From the human T2T-CHM13v2.0 reference genome, Homo sapiens: DNA of 64,000 nucleotides. Both the position numbers and the translations under genes were made by a program. The DNA is taken from the NCBI RefSeq assembly GCF_009914755.1, contig NC_060947.1; one strand, given 5' to 3'. Under the pieces are notes generated by a model that saw only the letters and a program-made list of their open reading frames with translations, was not told where the DNA came from and ran no database searches. Positions 48,801-60,800 of the stretch are shown here, piece after piece; the stretch's first letter is position 1, and each line of letters opens with the position of its first letter.

Positions 48801-51800
48801 ATGAAAAGCAATGTTAAACTCTGTGGCTCGAACACAAACATCACAAAGCAGTTTCTGAGAATGCTTCAGTTTAGTTTTTCTGTGGAAATATTCCCGTTTC
48901 CAAAGAAATCTTCAAAGAGGTCCACGCATCCACTTACAGATTCTACAAAAAGACAGTTTCAAAACTGCTCAATCAAAAGGAGGGTTCAACTGTGTGACTT
49001 GAATGCAATCATCACTCAGAAGTTTCTGAGAACGCTTCTCTTTAGTTTTTACGTGAACATATACCCGTTTCGAACGAAGGCCAGCCAGTGGTCCAAATAT
49101 CCACTTGCAGATTCTACAGAAAGAGTGTTTCGAACCTGAACTCTCAAAGGCAGGTTCATCTCTGCGAGTTCAATGCATTCATCATGAAGAACTTTCTCAG
49201 CGTGTTTGTGTTTAGTTATGGGAAATTATTCCCGTTTCCAACGAAATCCTCAGAGAGGTCCAAATATCCACCTGCAGATTCTACCAAAAGTGTATTTGGA
49301 AACTGCTCCATCAAAAGGCATGTTCAGCTCTGTGAGTGAAACTCCATCATCACAAAGAATATTCTGAGAATGCTTCCGTTTGCCTTTTATATGAAGTTCC
49401 TTCCTATACTACCGTAGGCCTCAAAGCAGTCCAAATCTCCATTTGCAGATTCTACAAAAAGAGTGATTCCAATCTGCTCTATCAATAGGATTGTTCAACT
49501 CCATGAGTTGAATGCCATGCTCACAAAGTCGTTTCTGAGAATGCTTCTATCTAGTTTTTATGTGAAGATATTTCCTTTTCCACCACAGGCCTCAAAGCCC
49601 TCCAAACGTCCACTTGCAGATTCTCGAAAAAGTGTGTTTCATAGCTGCTCTTTCAAAAGGAAATTTCAACTCTGGGAGTTGAATACAAACATCACAAAGT
49701 AGTTTCCGAGAATGCTTCTGTTTAGTTCTTATGTGAAGATGATCCCGTTTCCAGTGAAATCTTCAAAGAGGTCCACATATCACCTTGCAGATTCCAAAGA
49801 AAGAGGGTTTCAAAACTGCTCCATCAAAAGGATTGTTCAACTCTGTGAGTTGAATGCAGTCATCGCAGAAAACTTTCTGAGAATGCTTCTGTCTAGGTTT
49901 GATGTGAAGATATAGACGTTTCAAACGAAGGCTACAAAGTGGTCAACATATACACTTGCAGATTCTACTACAAGGGTGATGCAAACCTGAACTATCAAAG
50001 GAAGGTTCAACTCTGTGAGTTGAATACAAACATCACAAAGAATGTTCTGAGTTTGCTACCGTTCAGTTATGGGAAGTTGATCCCATTTCCAACGAAATCC
50101 TCAGAGAGGTCCAAATATCCCCTTGCAGATTCTACAAAACGTGTGTTTGGAAACTGCTCCATCATAACGAATGTTCAGCTCTCTGAGTTAAACTCCATCG
50201 TCACAAAGAATTTTCTGAGAGTGCTACCGTCTAGTTTTTATATGAAGTTCTTTCCTTTACTACCACAGGCCTCAAAGCGGTCCAAATCTCCACTTGCAGA
50301 TTCTACAAAAAGAGTGTTTGCAAACTGCTCTATCAAAAGGAATGTTCAACTCTGGGAGTTGAATGCAATCATCACAGAGCAGTTTCTGAGAATGCTTCTA
50401 TGTCGTTTTTAGGAGAAGATACTTCCTTTTCCAACACAGTCCTCGAAGCCCGCTAAATATCCACTTGCACATTGTAGAAAAAGTGTGTCGAAGCTGCGCT
50501 ATCAAAGGGAAAGTTCAACTCTGTGAGGTGAATGCAAACATCCCAAAGAAGTTTCTGAGAATGCTTCCGTTTAGCTTTTAGGTGAAGATTATCCCGTTTC
50601 CAACGAAATCTTCAAAGAGGTCCAAATATCCCCCTGCGGATCCCACAGAAAGAGTGTTTCGAAACTGCTGTTTCAAAAGGAATCTTCAACTCTGTGAGTT
50701 GAATGCAATCATCACAAAGAAGTTTCTGACAATGCTTCTCTCTCGTCTTTCTGTGAAGATTAAGGAAAAGGCTTTCAGGCCTTTTCCACCACAGGCCTGA
50801 AAGGGCTCCAAATGTCCACTTGCAGATTCTGCCAAAAGAATATTTCAAAACTGCTCTATGAAAAGCAATGTTAAACTCTGTGGCTCGAACACAAACATCA
50901 CAAAGCAGTTTCTGAGAATGCTTCAGTTTAGTTTTTCTGTGGAAATATTCCCGTTTCCAAAGAAATCTTCAAAGAGGTCCACGCATCCACTTACAGATTC
51001 TACAAAAAGACAGTTTCAAAACTGCTCAATCAAAAGGAGGGTTCAACTGTGTGACTTGAATGCAATCATCACTCAGAAGTTTCTGAGAAAGCTTCTCTTT
51101 AGTTTTTACGTGAACATATACCCGTTTCGAACGAAGGCCAGCCAGTGGTCCAAATATCCACTTGCAGATTCTACAGAAAGAGTGTTTCGAACCTGAACTC
51201 TCAAAGGCAGGTTCATCTCTGCGAGTTAAATGCATTAATCATGAAGAACTTTCTCAGAGTGTTTGTGTTTAGTTATGGGAAATTATTCCCTTTTCCAAAG
51301 AAATCCTCAGAGAGCTCCAAATATCCACCTGCAGATTCTACCAAAAGTGTATTTGGAAACTGCTCCATCAAAAGGTATGTTCAGCTCTGTGAGTGAAACT
51401 CCATCATCACAAAGAATATTCTGAGAATGCTTCCGTTTGCCTTTTATATGAAGTTCCTTCCTATACTACCGTAGGCCTCAAAGCAGTCCAAATCTCCATT
51501 TGCAGATTCTACAAAAAGAGTGATTCCAATCTGCTCTATCAATAGGATTGTTCAACTCCATGAGTTGAATGCCATCCTCATAAAGTAGTTTCTGAGAATG
51601 CTTCTATCTAGTTTTTATGTGAAGATATTTCCTTTTCCACCACAGGCCTCAAAGCCCTCCAAACGTCCACTTGCAGATTCTCGAAAAAGTGTGTTTCATA
51701 GCTGCTCTTTCAAAAGGAAAGTTCAACTCTGGGAGCTGAATACAAACATCACAAAGTAGTTTCCGAGAATGCTTCTGTTTAGTTCTTATGTGAAGATGAT

Positions 51801-54800
51801 CCCGTTTCCAGTGAAATCTTCAAAGAGGTCCACATATCCCCTTGCAGATTCCAAAGAAAGAGGGTTTCAAAACTGCTCCATCAAAAGGATTGTTCAACTC
51901 TGTGAGTTGAATGCAGTCATCGCAGAAAACTTTCTGAGAATGCTTCTGTCTAGGTTTGATGTGAAGATATAGACGTTTCAAACGAAGGCTACAAAGTGGT
52001 CAACATATACACTTGCAGATTCTACTACAAGGGTGATGCAAACCTGAACTATCAAAGGAAGGTTCAACTCTGTGAGTTGAATACAAACATCACAAAGAAT
52101 GTTCTGAGTTTGCTACCGTTCAGTTATGGGAAGTTGATCCCATTTCCAACGAAATCCTCAGAGAGGTCCAAATATCCCCTTGCAGATTCTACAAAACGTG
52201 TGTTTGGAAACTGCTCCATCATAACGAATGTTCAGCTCTCTGAGTTAAACTCCATCGTCACAAAGAATTTTCTGAGAGTGCTACCGTCTAGTTTTTATAT
52301 GAAGTTCTTTCCTTTACTACCACAGGCCTCAAAGCGGTCCAAATCTCCACTTGCAGATTCTACAAAAAGAGTGTTTGCAAACTGCTCTATCAAAAGGAAT
52401 GTTCAACTCTGGGAGTTGAATGCAATCATCACAGAGCAGTTTCTGAGAATGCTTCTATGTCGTTTTTAGGAGAAGATACTTCCTTTTCCAACACAGTCCT
52501 CCAAGCCCGCTAAATATCCACTTGCACATTGTAGAAAAAGTGTGTCGAAGCTGCGCTATCAAAGGGAAAGTTCAACTCTGTGAGTTGAATGCAAACATCC
52601 CAAAGAAGTTTCTGAGAATGCTTCCGTTTAGCTTTTAGGTGAAGATTATCCCGTTTCCAACGAAATCTTCAAAGAGGTCCAAATATCCCCTTGCGGATCC
52701 CACAGAAAGAGTGTTTCGAAACTGCTGTTTCAAAAGAAATCTTCAACTCTGTGAGTTGAATGCAATCATCACAAAGAAGTTTCTGACAATGCTTCTCTCT
52801 CGTCTTTCTGTGAAGATAAAGGAAAAGGCTTTCAGGCCTTTTCCACCACAGGCCTGAAAGCGCTCCAAATGTCCACTTGCAGATTCTGCCAAAAGAATAT
52901 TTCAAAACTGCTCTATGAAAAGCAATGTTAAACTCTGTGGCTCGAACACAAACATCACAAAGCAGTTTCTGAGAATGCTTCAGTTTAGTTTTTCTCTGGA
53001 AATATTCCCGTTTCCAAAGAAATCTTCAAAAAGGTCCACGCATCCACTTACAGATTCTACAAAAAGACAGTTTCAAAACTGCTCAATCAAAAGGAGGGTT
53101 CAACTGTGTGACTTGAATGCATTCATCACTCAGAAGTTTCTGAGAACGCTTCTCTTTAGTTTTTACGTGAACATATACCCGTTTCGAACGAAGGCCAGCC
53201 AGTGGTCCAAATATCCACTTGCAGATTCTACAGAAAGAGTGTTTCGAACCTGAACTCTCAAAGGCAGGTTCATCTCTGCGAGTTAAATACATTCATCATG
53301 AAGAACTTTCTCAGCGTGTTTTTGTTTAGTTATGGGAAATTATTCCCATTTCCAACGAAATCCTCAGAGAGGTTCAAATATCCACCTGCAGATTCTACCA
53401 AAAGTGTATTTGGAAACTGCTCCATCAAAACGCATGTTCAGCTCTGTGTGTGAAACTCCATCATCACAAAGAATATTCTGAGAATGCTTCCGTTTGCCTT
53501 TTATATGAAGTTCCTTCCTATACTACCGTAGGCCTCAAAGCAGTCCAAATCTCCATTTGCAGATTCTACAAAAAGAGTGATTCCAATCTGCTCTATCAAT
53601 AGGATTGTTCAACTCCATGAGTTGAATGCCATCCTCACAAAGTCGTTTCTGAGAAGGCTTCTATCTAGTTTTTATGTGAAGATATTTCCTTTTCCACCAC
53701 AGGCCTCAAAGCCCTCGAAACGTCCACTTGCAGATTCTCGAAAAAGTGTGTTTCATAGCTGCTCTTTCAAAAGGAAAGTTCAACTCTGGGAGTTGAATAC
53801 AAACATCACAAAGTAGTTTCCGAGAATGCTTCTGTTTAGTTCTTATGTGAAGATGATCCCGTTTCCAGTGAAATCTTCAAAGAGGTCCACATATCCCCTT
53901 GCAGATTCCAAAGGAAGAGGGTTTCAAAACTGCTCCATCAAAAGGATTGTTCAACTCTGTGAGTTGAATGCAGTCATCGCAGAAAACTTTCTGAGAATGC
54001 TTCTGTCTAGGTTTGATGTGAAGATATAGACGTTTCAAACGAAGGCTACAAAGTGGTCAACATATACACTTGCAGATTCTACTACAAGGGTGATGCAAAC
54101 CTGAACTATCAAAGGAAGGTTCAACTCTGTGAGTTGAATACAAACATCACAAAGAACGTTCTGAGTTTCCTTCCGTTCAGTTATGGGAAGTTGATCCCGT
54201 TTCCAACGAAATCCTCAGAGAGGTCCAAATATCCCCTTGCAGATTCTACAAAACGTGTGTTTGGAAACTGCTCCATCATAACGAATGTTCAGCTCTCTGA
54301 GTTAAACTCCATCGTCACAAAGAATTTTCTGAGAGTGCTACCGTCTAGTTTTTATATGAAGTTCTTTCCTTTACTACCACAGGCCTCAAAGCGGTCCAAA
54401 TCTCCACTTGCAGATTCTACAAAAAGAGTGTTTGCAAACTGCTCTATCAAAAGGAATGTTCAACTCTGGGAGTTGAATGCAATCATCACAGAGCAGTTTG
54501 TGAGAATGCTTCTATGTCGTTTTTAGGAAAAGATATTTCCTTTTCCAACACAGTCCTCCAAGCCCGCTAAATATCCACTTGCACATTGTAGAAAAAGTGT
54601 GTCGAAGCTGCGCTATCAAAGGGAAAGTTCAACTCTGTGAGGTGAATGCAAACATCCCAAAGAAGTTTCTGAGAATGCTTCCGTTTAGCTTTTAGGTGAA
54701 GATTATCCCGTTTCCAACGAAATCTTCAAAGAGGTCCAAATATCCCCTTGCGGATCCCACAGAAAGAGTGTTTCGAAACTGCTGTTTCAAAAGGAATCTT

Positions 54801-57800
54801 CAACTCTGTGAGTTGAATGCAATCATCACAAAGAAGTTTCTGACAATGCTTCTCTCTCGTCTTTCTGTGAAGATAAAGGAAAAGGCTTTCAGGCCTTTTC
54901 CACCACAGGCCTGAAAGGGCTCCAAATGTCCACTTGCAGATTCTGCCAAAAGAATATTTCAAAACTGCTCTATGAAAAGCAATGTTAAAATCTGCGGCTC
55001 GAACACAAACATCACAAAGCAGTTTGTGAGAATGCTTCAGTATAGTTTTTCTGTGGAAATATTCCCGTTTCCAAAGAAATCTTCAAAGAGGTCCACGCAT
55101 CCACTTACAGATTCTACAAAAAGACAGTTTCAAAACTGCTCAATCAAAAGGAGGGTTCAACTGTGTGACTTGAATGCAATCATCACTCAGAAGTTTCTGA
55201 GAACGCTTCTCTTTAGTTTTTACGTGAACATATACCCGTTTGGAATGAAGGCCAGCCAGTGGTCCAAATATCCACTTGCAGATTCCACAGAAAGAGTGTT
55301 TCGAACCTGAACTCTCAAAGGCAGGTTCATCTCTGCGAGTTAAATGCATTCATCATGAAGAACTTTCTCAGCGTGTTTGTGTTTAGTTATGGGAAATTAT
55401 TCCCGTTTCCAACGAAATCCTCAGAGAGCTCCAAATATCCACCTGCAGATTCTACCAAAAGTGTATTTGGAAACTGCTCCATCAAAAGGCATGTTCAGCT
55501 CTGTGAGTGAAACTCCATCATCACAAAGAATATTCTGAGAATGCTTCCGTTTGCCTTTTATATGAAGTTCCTTCCTATACTACCGTAGGCCTCAAAGCAG
55601 TCCAAATCTCCATTTGCAGATTCTACAAAAAGAGTGATTCCAATCTGCTCTATCAATAGGACTGTTCAACTCCATGAGTTGAATGCCATCCTCACAAAGT
55701 CGTTTCTGAGAATGCTTCTATGTAGTTTTTATGTGAAGATATTTCCTTTTCCACCACAGGCCTCAAAGCCCTCCAAACGTCCACTTGCAGATTCTCGAAA
55801 AAGAGTGTTTCATAGCTGCTCTTTCAAAAGGAAAGTTCAACTCTGGGAGTTGAATACAAACATCACAAAGTAGTTTCCGAGAATGCTTCTGTTTAGTTCT
55901 TATGTGAAGATGATCCCGTTTCCAGTGAAATCTTGAAAGAGGTCCACATATCCCCTTGCAGATTCCAAAGAAAGAGGGTTTCAAAACTGCTCCATCAAAA
56001 GGATTGTTCAACTCTGTGAGTTGAATGCAGTCATCGCAGAAAACTTTCTGAGAATGCTTCTGTTTAGGTTTGATGTGAAGATATAGACGTTTCAAACGAA
56101 GGCTACAAAGTGGTCAAAATATACACTTGCAGATTCTACTACAAGGGTGATGCAAACCTCAACTATCAAAGGAAGGTTCAACTCTGTGAGTTGAATACAA
56201 ACATCACAAAGAATGTTCTGAGTTTGCTTCCGTTCAGTTATGGGAAGTTGATCCCGTTTCCTACGAAATCCTCAGAGAGGTCCAAATATCCCCTTGCAGA
56301 TTCTACAAAACGTGTGTTTGGAAACTGCTCCATCATAACGAATGTTCAGCTCTCTGAGTTAAACTCCATCGTCACAAAGAATTTTCTGAGAGTGCTACCG
56401 TCTAGTTTTTATATGAAGTTCTTTCCTTTACTACCACAGGCCTCAAAGCGGTCCAAATCTCCACTTGCAGATTCTACAAAAAGAGTGTTTGCAAACTGCT
56501 CTATCAAAAGGAATGTTCAACTCTGGGAGTTGAATGCAATCATCACAGAGCAGTTTCTGAGAATGCTTCTATGTCGTTTTTAGGAGAAGATATATCCTTT
56601 TCCAACACAGTCCTCCAAGCCCGCTATATATCCACTTGCACATTGTAGAAAAAGTGTGTCGAAGCTGTGCTATCAAAGGGAAAGTTCAACTCTGTGAGGT
56701 GAATGCAAACATCCCAAAGAAGTTTCTGAGAATGCTTCCGTTTAGCTTTAAGTGAAGATTATTCCGTTTCCAACGAAATCTTCAAAGAGGTCCAAATATC
56801 CCCTTGCGGATCCCACAGAAAGAGTGTTTCGAAACTGCTGTTTCAAAAGGAATCTTCAACTCTGTGAGTTGAATGCAATCATCACAAAGAAGTTTCTGAC
56901 AATGCTTCTCTCTCGTCTTTCTGTGAAGATAAAGGAAAAGGCTTTCAGGCCATTTCCACCACAGGCCTGAAAGCGCTCCAAATGTCCACTTGCAGATTCT
57001 GCCAAAAGAATATTTCAAAACTGCTCTATGAAAAGCAATGTTAAACTCTGCGGCTCGAACACAAACATCACAAAGCAGTTTCTGAGAATGCTTCAGTTTA
57101 GTTTTTCTGTGGAAATATTCCCGTTTCCAAAGAAATCTTCAAAGAGGTCCACGCATCCACTTACAGATTCTACAAAAAGACAGTTTCAAAACTGCTCAAT
57201 CAAAAGGAGGGTTCAACTGTGTGACTTGAATGCATTCATCACTCAGAAGTTTCTGAGAACGCTTCTCTTTAGTTTTTACGTGAACATATACCCGTTTCGA
57301 ATGAAGGCCAGCCAGTGGTCCAAATATCCACTTGCAGATTCTACAGAAAGAGTGTTTTGAACCTGAACTCTCAAAGGCAGGTTCATCTCTGCGAGTTAAA
57401 TGCATTCATCATGAAGAACTTTCTCAGCGTGTTTGTGTTTAGTTATGGGAAATTATTCCCGTTTCCAACGAAATCCTCAGAGAGCTCCAAATATCCACCT
57501 GCAGATTGTACCAAAAGTGTATTTGGAAACTGCTCCATGAAAAGGCATGTTCAGCTCTGTGAGTGAAACTCCGTCATCACAAAGAATATTCTGAGAATGC
57601 TTCCATTTGCCTTTTATATGAAGTTCCTTCCTATACTACCGTAGGCCTCAAAGCAGTCCAAATCTCCATTTGCAGATTCTACAAAAAGAGTGATTCCAAT
57701 CTGCTCTATCAATAGGATTGTTCAAGTCCATGAGTTGAATGCCATCCTCACAAAGTCGTTTCTGAGAATGCTTCTATGTAGTTTTTATGTGAAGATATTT

Positions 57801-60800
57801 CCTTTTCCACCACAGGCCTCAAAGCCCTCCAAACGTCCACTTGCAGATTCTCGAAAAAGAGTGTTTCATAGCTGCTCTTTCAAAAGGAAAGTTCAACTCT
57901 GGGAGTTGAATACAAACATCACAAAGTAGTTTCCGAGAATGCTTCTGTTTAGTTCTTATGTGAAGATGATCCCGTTTCCAGTGAAATCTTCAAAGAGGTC
58001 CACATATCCCCTTGCAGATTCCAAAAAAAGAGGGTTTCAAAACTGCTCCATCAAAAGGATTGTTCAACTCTGTGAGTTGAATGCAGTCATCGCAGAAAAC
58101 TTTCTGAGAATGCTTCTGTCTAGGTTTGATGTGAAGATATAGACGTTTCAAACGAAGGCTACAAAGTGGTCAAAATATACACTTGCAGATTCTACTACAA
58201 GGGTGATGCAAACCTCAACTATCAAAGGAAGGTTCAACTCTGTGAGATGAATGCAAACATCACAAAGAATGTTCTGAGTTTGCTTCCGTTCAGTTATGGG
58301 AAGTTGATCCCGTTTCCAACGAAATCCTCAGAGAGGTCCAAATATCCCCTTGCAGATTCTACAAAACGTGTGTTTGGAAACTGCTCCATCATAACGAATG
58401 TTCAGCTCTCTGAGTTAAACTCCATCGTCACAAAGAATTTTCTGAGAGTGCTACCGTCTACTTTTTATATGAAGTTCTTTCCTTTACTACCACAGGCCTC
58501 AAAGCGGTCCAAATCTCCACTTGCAGATTCTACAAAAAGAGTGTTTGCAAACTGCTCTATCAAAAGGAATGTTCAACTCTGGGAGTTGAATGCAATCATC
58601 ACAGAGCAGTTTCTGAGAATGCTTCTATGTCGTTTTTAGGAGAAGATATTTCCTTTTCCAACACAGTCCTCCAAGCCCGCTAAATATCCACTTGCACATT
58701 GTAGAAAAAGTGTGTCGAAGCTGCGCTATCAAAGGGAAAGTTCAACTCTGTGAGGTGAATGCAAACATCCCAAAGAAGTTTCTGAGAATGCTTCCGTTTA
58801 GCTTTAAGTGAAGATTATCCCGTTTCCAACGAAATCTTCAAAGAGGTCCAAATATCCCCTTGCGGATCCCACAGAAAGAGTGTTTCGAAACTGCTGTTTC
58901 AAAAGGAATCTTCAACTCTGTGAGTTGAATGCAATCATCACAAAGAAGTTTCTGACAATGCTTCTCTCTCGTCTTTCTGTGAAGATAAAGGAAAAGGCTT
59001 TCAGGCCATTTCCACCACAGGCCTGAAAGCGCTCCAAATGTCCACTTGCAGATTCTGCCAAAAGAATATTTCAAAACTGCTCTATGAAAAGCAATGTTAA
59101 ACTCTGCGGCTCGAACACAAACATCACAAAGCAGTTTCTGAGAATGCTTCAGTTTAGTTTTTCTGTGGAAATATTCCCGTTTCCAAAGAAATCTTCAAAG
59201 AGGTCCACGCATCCACTTACAGATTCTACAAAAAGACAGTTTCAAAACTGCTCAATCAAAAGGAGGGTTCAACTGTGTGACTTGAATGCATTCATCACTC
59301 AGAAGTTTCTGAGAACGCTTCTCTTTAGTTTTTACGTGAACATATACCCGTTTCGAACGAAGGCCAGCCAGTGGTCCAAATATCCACTTGCAGATTCTAC
59401 AGAAAGAGTGTTTTGAACCTGAACTCTCAAAGGCAGGTTCATCTCTGCGAGTTAAATGCATTCATCATGAAGAACTTTCTCAGCGTGTTTGTGTTTAGTT
59501 ATGGGAAATTATTCCCGTTTCCAACGAAATCCTCAGAGAGCTCCAAATATCCACCTGCAGATTGTACCAAAAGTGTATTTGGAAACTGCTCCATGAAAAG
59601 GCATGTTCAGCTCTGTGAGTGAAACTCCGTCATCACAAAGAATATTCTGAGAATGCTTCCGTTTGCCTTTTATATGAAGTTCCTTCCTATACTACCGTAG
59701 GCCTCAAAGCAGTCCAAATCTCCATTTGCAGATTCTACAAAAAGAGTGATTCCAATCTGCTCTATCAATAGGATTGTTCAACTCCATGAGTTGAATGCCA
59801 TCCTCACAAAGTAGTTTCTGAGAATGCTTCTATGTAGTTTTTAAGTGAAGATATTTCCTTTTCCACCACAGGCCTCAAAGCCCTCCAAACGTCCACTTGC
59901 AGATTCCCGAAAAAGAGTGTTTCATAGCTGCTCTTTCAAAAGGAAAGTTCAACTCTGGGAGTTGAATACAAACATCACAAAGTAGTTTCCGAGAATGCTT
60001 CTGTTTAGTTCTTATGTGAAGATGATCCCGTTTCCAGTGAAATCTTCAAAGAGGTCCACATATCCCCTTGCAGATTCCAAAGAAAGAGGGTTTCAAAACT
60101 GCTCCATCAAAAGGATTGTTCAACTCTGTGAGTTGAATGCAGTCATCGCAGAAAACTTTCTGAGAATGCTTCTGTCTAGGTTTGATGTGAAGATATAGAC
60201 GTTTCAAACGAAGGCTACAAAGTGGTCAAAATATACACTTGCAGATTCTACTACAAGGGTGTTGCAAACCTCAACTATCAAAGGAAGGTTCAACTCTGTG
60301 AGACGAATGCAAACATCACAAAGAATGTTCTGAGTTTGCTTCCGTTCAGTTATGGGAAGTTGATCCCGTTTCCAACGAAATCCTCAGAGAGGTCCAAATA
60401 TCCCCTTGCAGATTCTACAAAACGTGTGTTTGGAAACTGCTCCATCATAACGAATGTTCAGCTCTCTGAGTTAAACTCCATCGTCACAAAGAATTTTCTG
60501 AGAGTGCTACCGTCTACTTTTTATATGAAGTTCTTTCCTTTACTACCACAGGCCTCAAAGCGGTCCAAATCTCCACTTGCAGATTCTACAAAAAGAGTGT
60601 TTGCAAATTGCTCTATCAAAAGGAATGTTCAACTCTGGGAGTTGAATGCAATCATCACAGAGCAGTTTCTGAGAATGCTTCTATGTCGTTTTTAGGAGAA
60701 GATATTTCCTTTTCCAACACAGTCCTCCAAGCCCGCTAAATATCCACTTGCACATTGTAGAAAAAGTGTGTCGAAGCTGCGCTATCAAAGGGAAAGTTCA

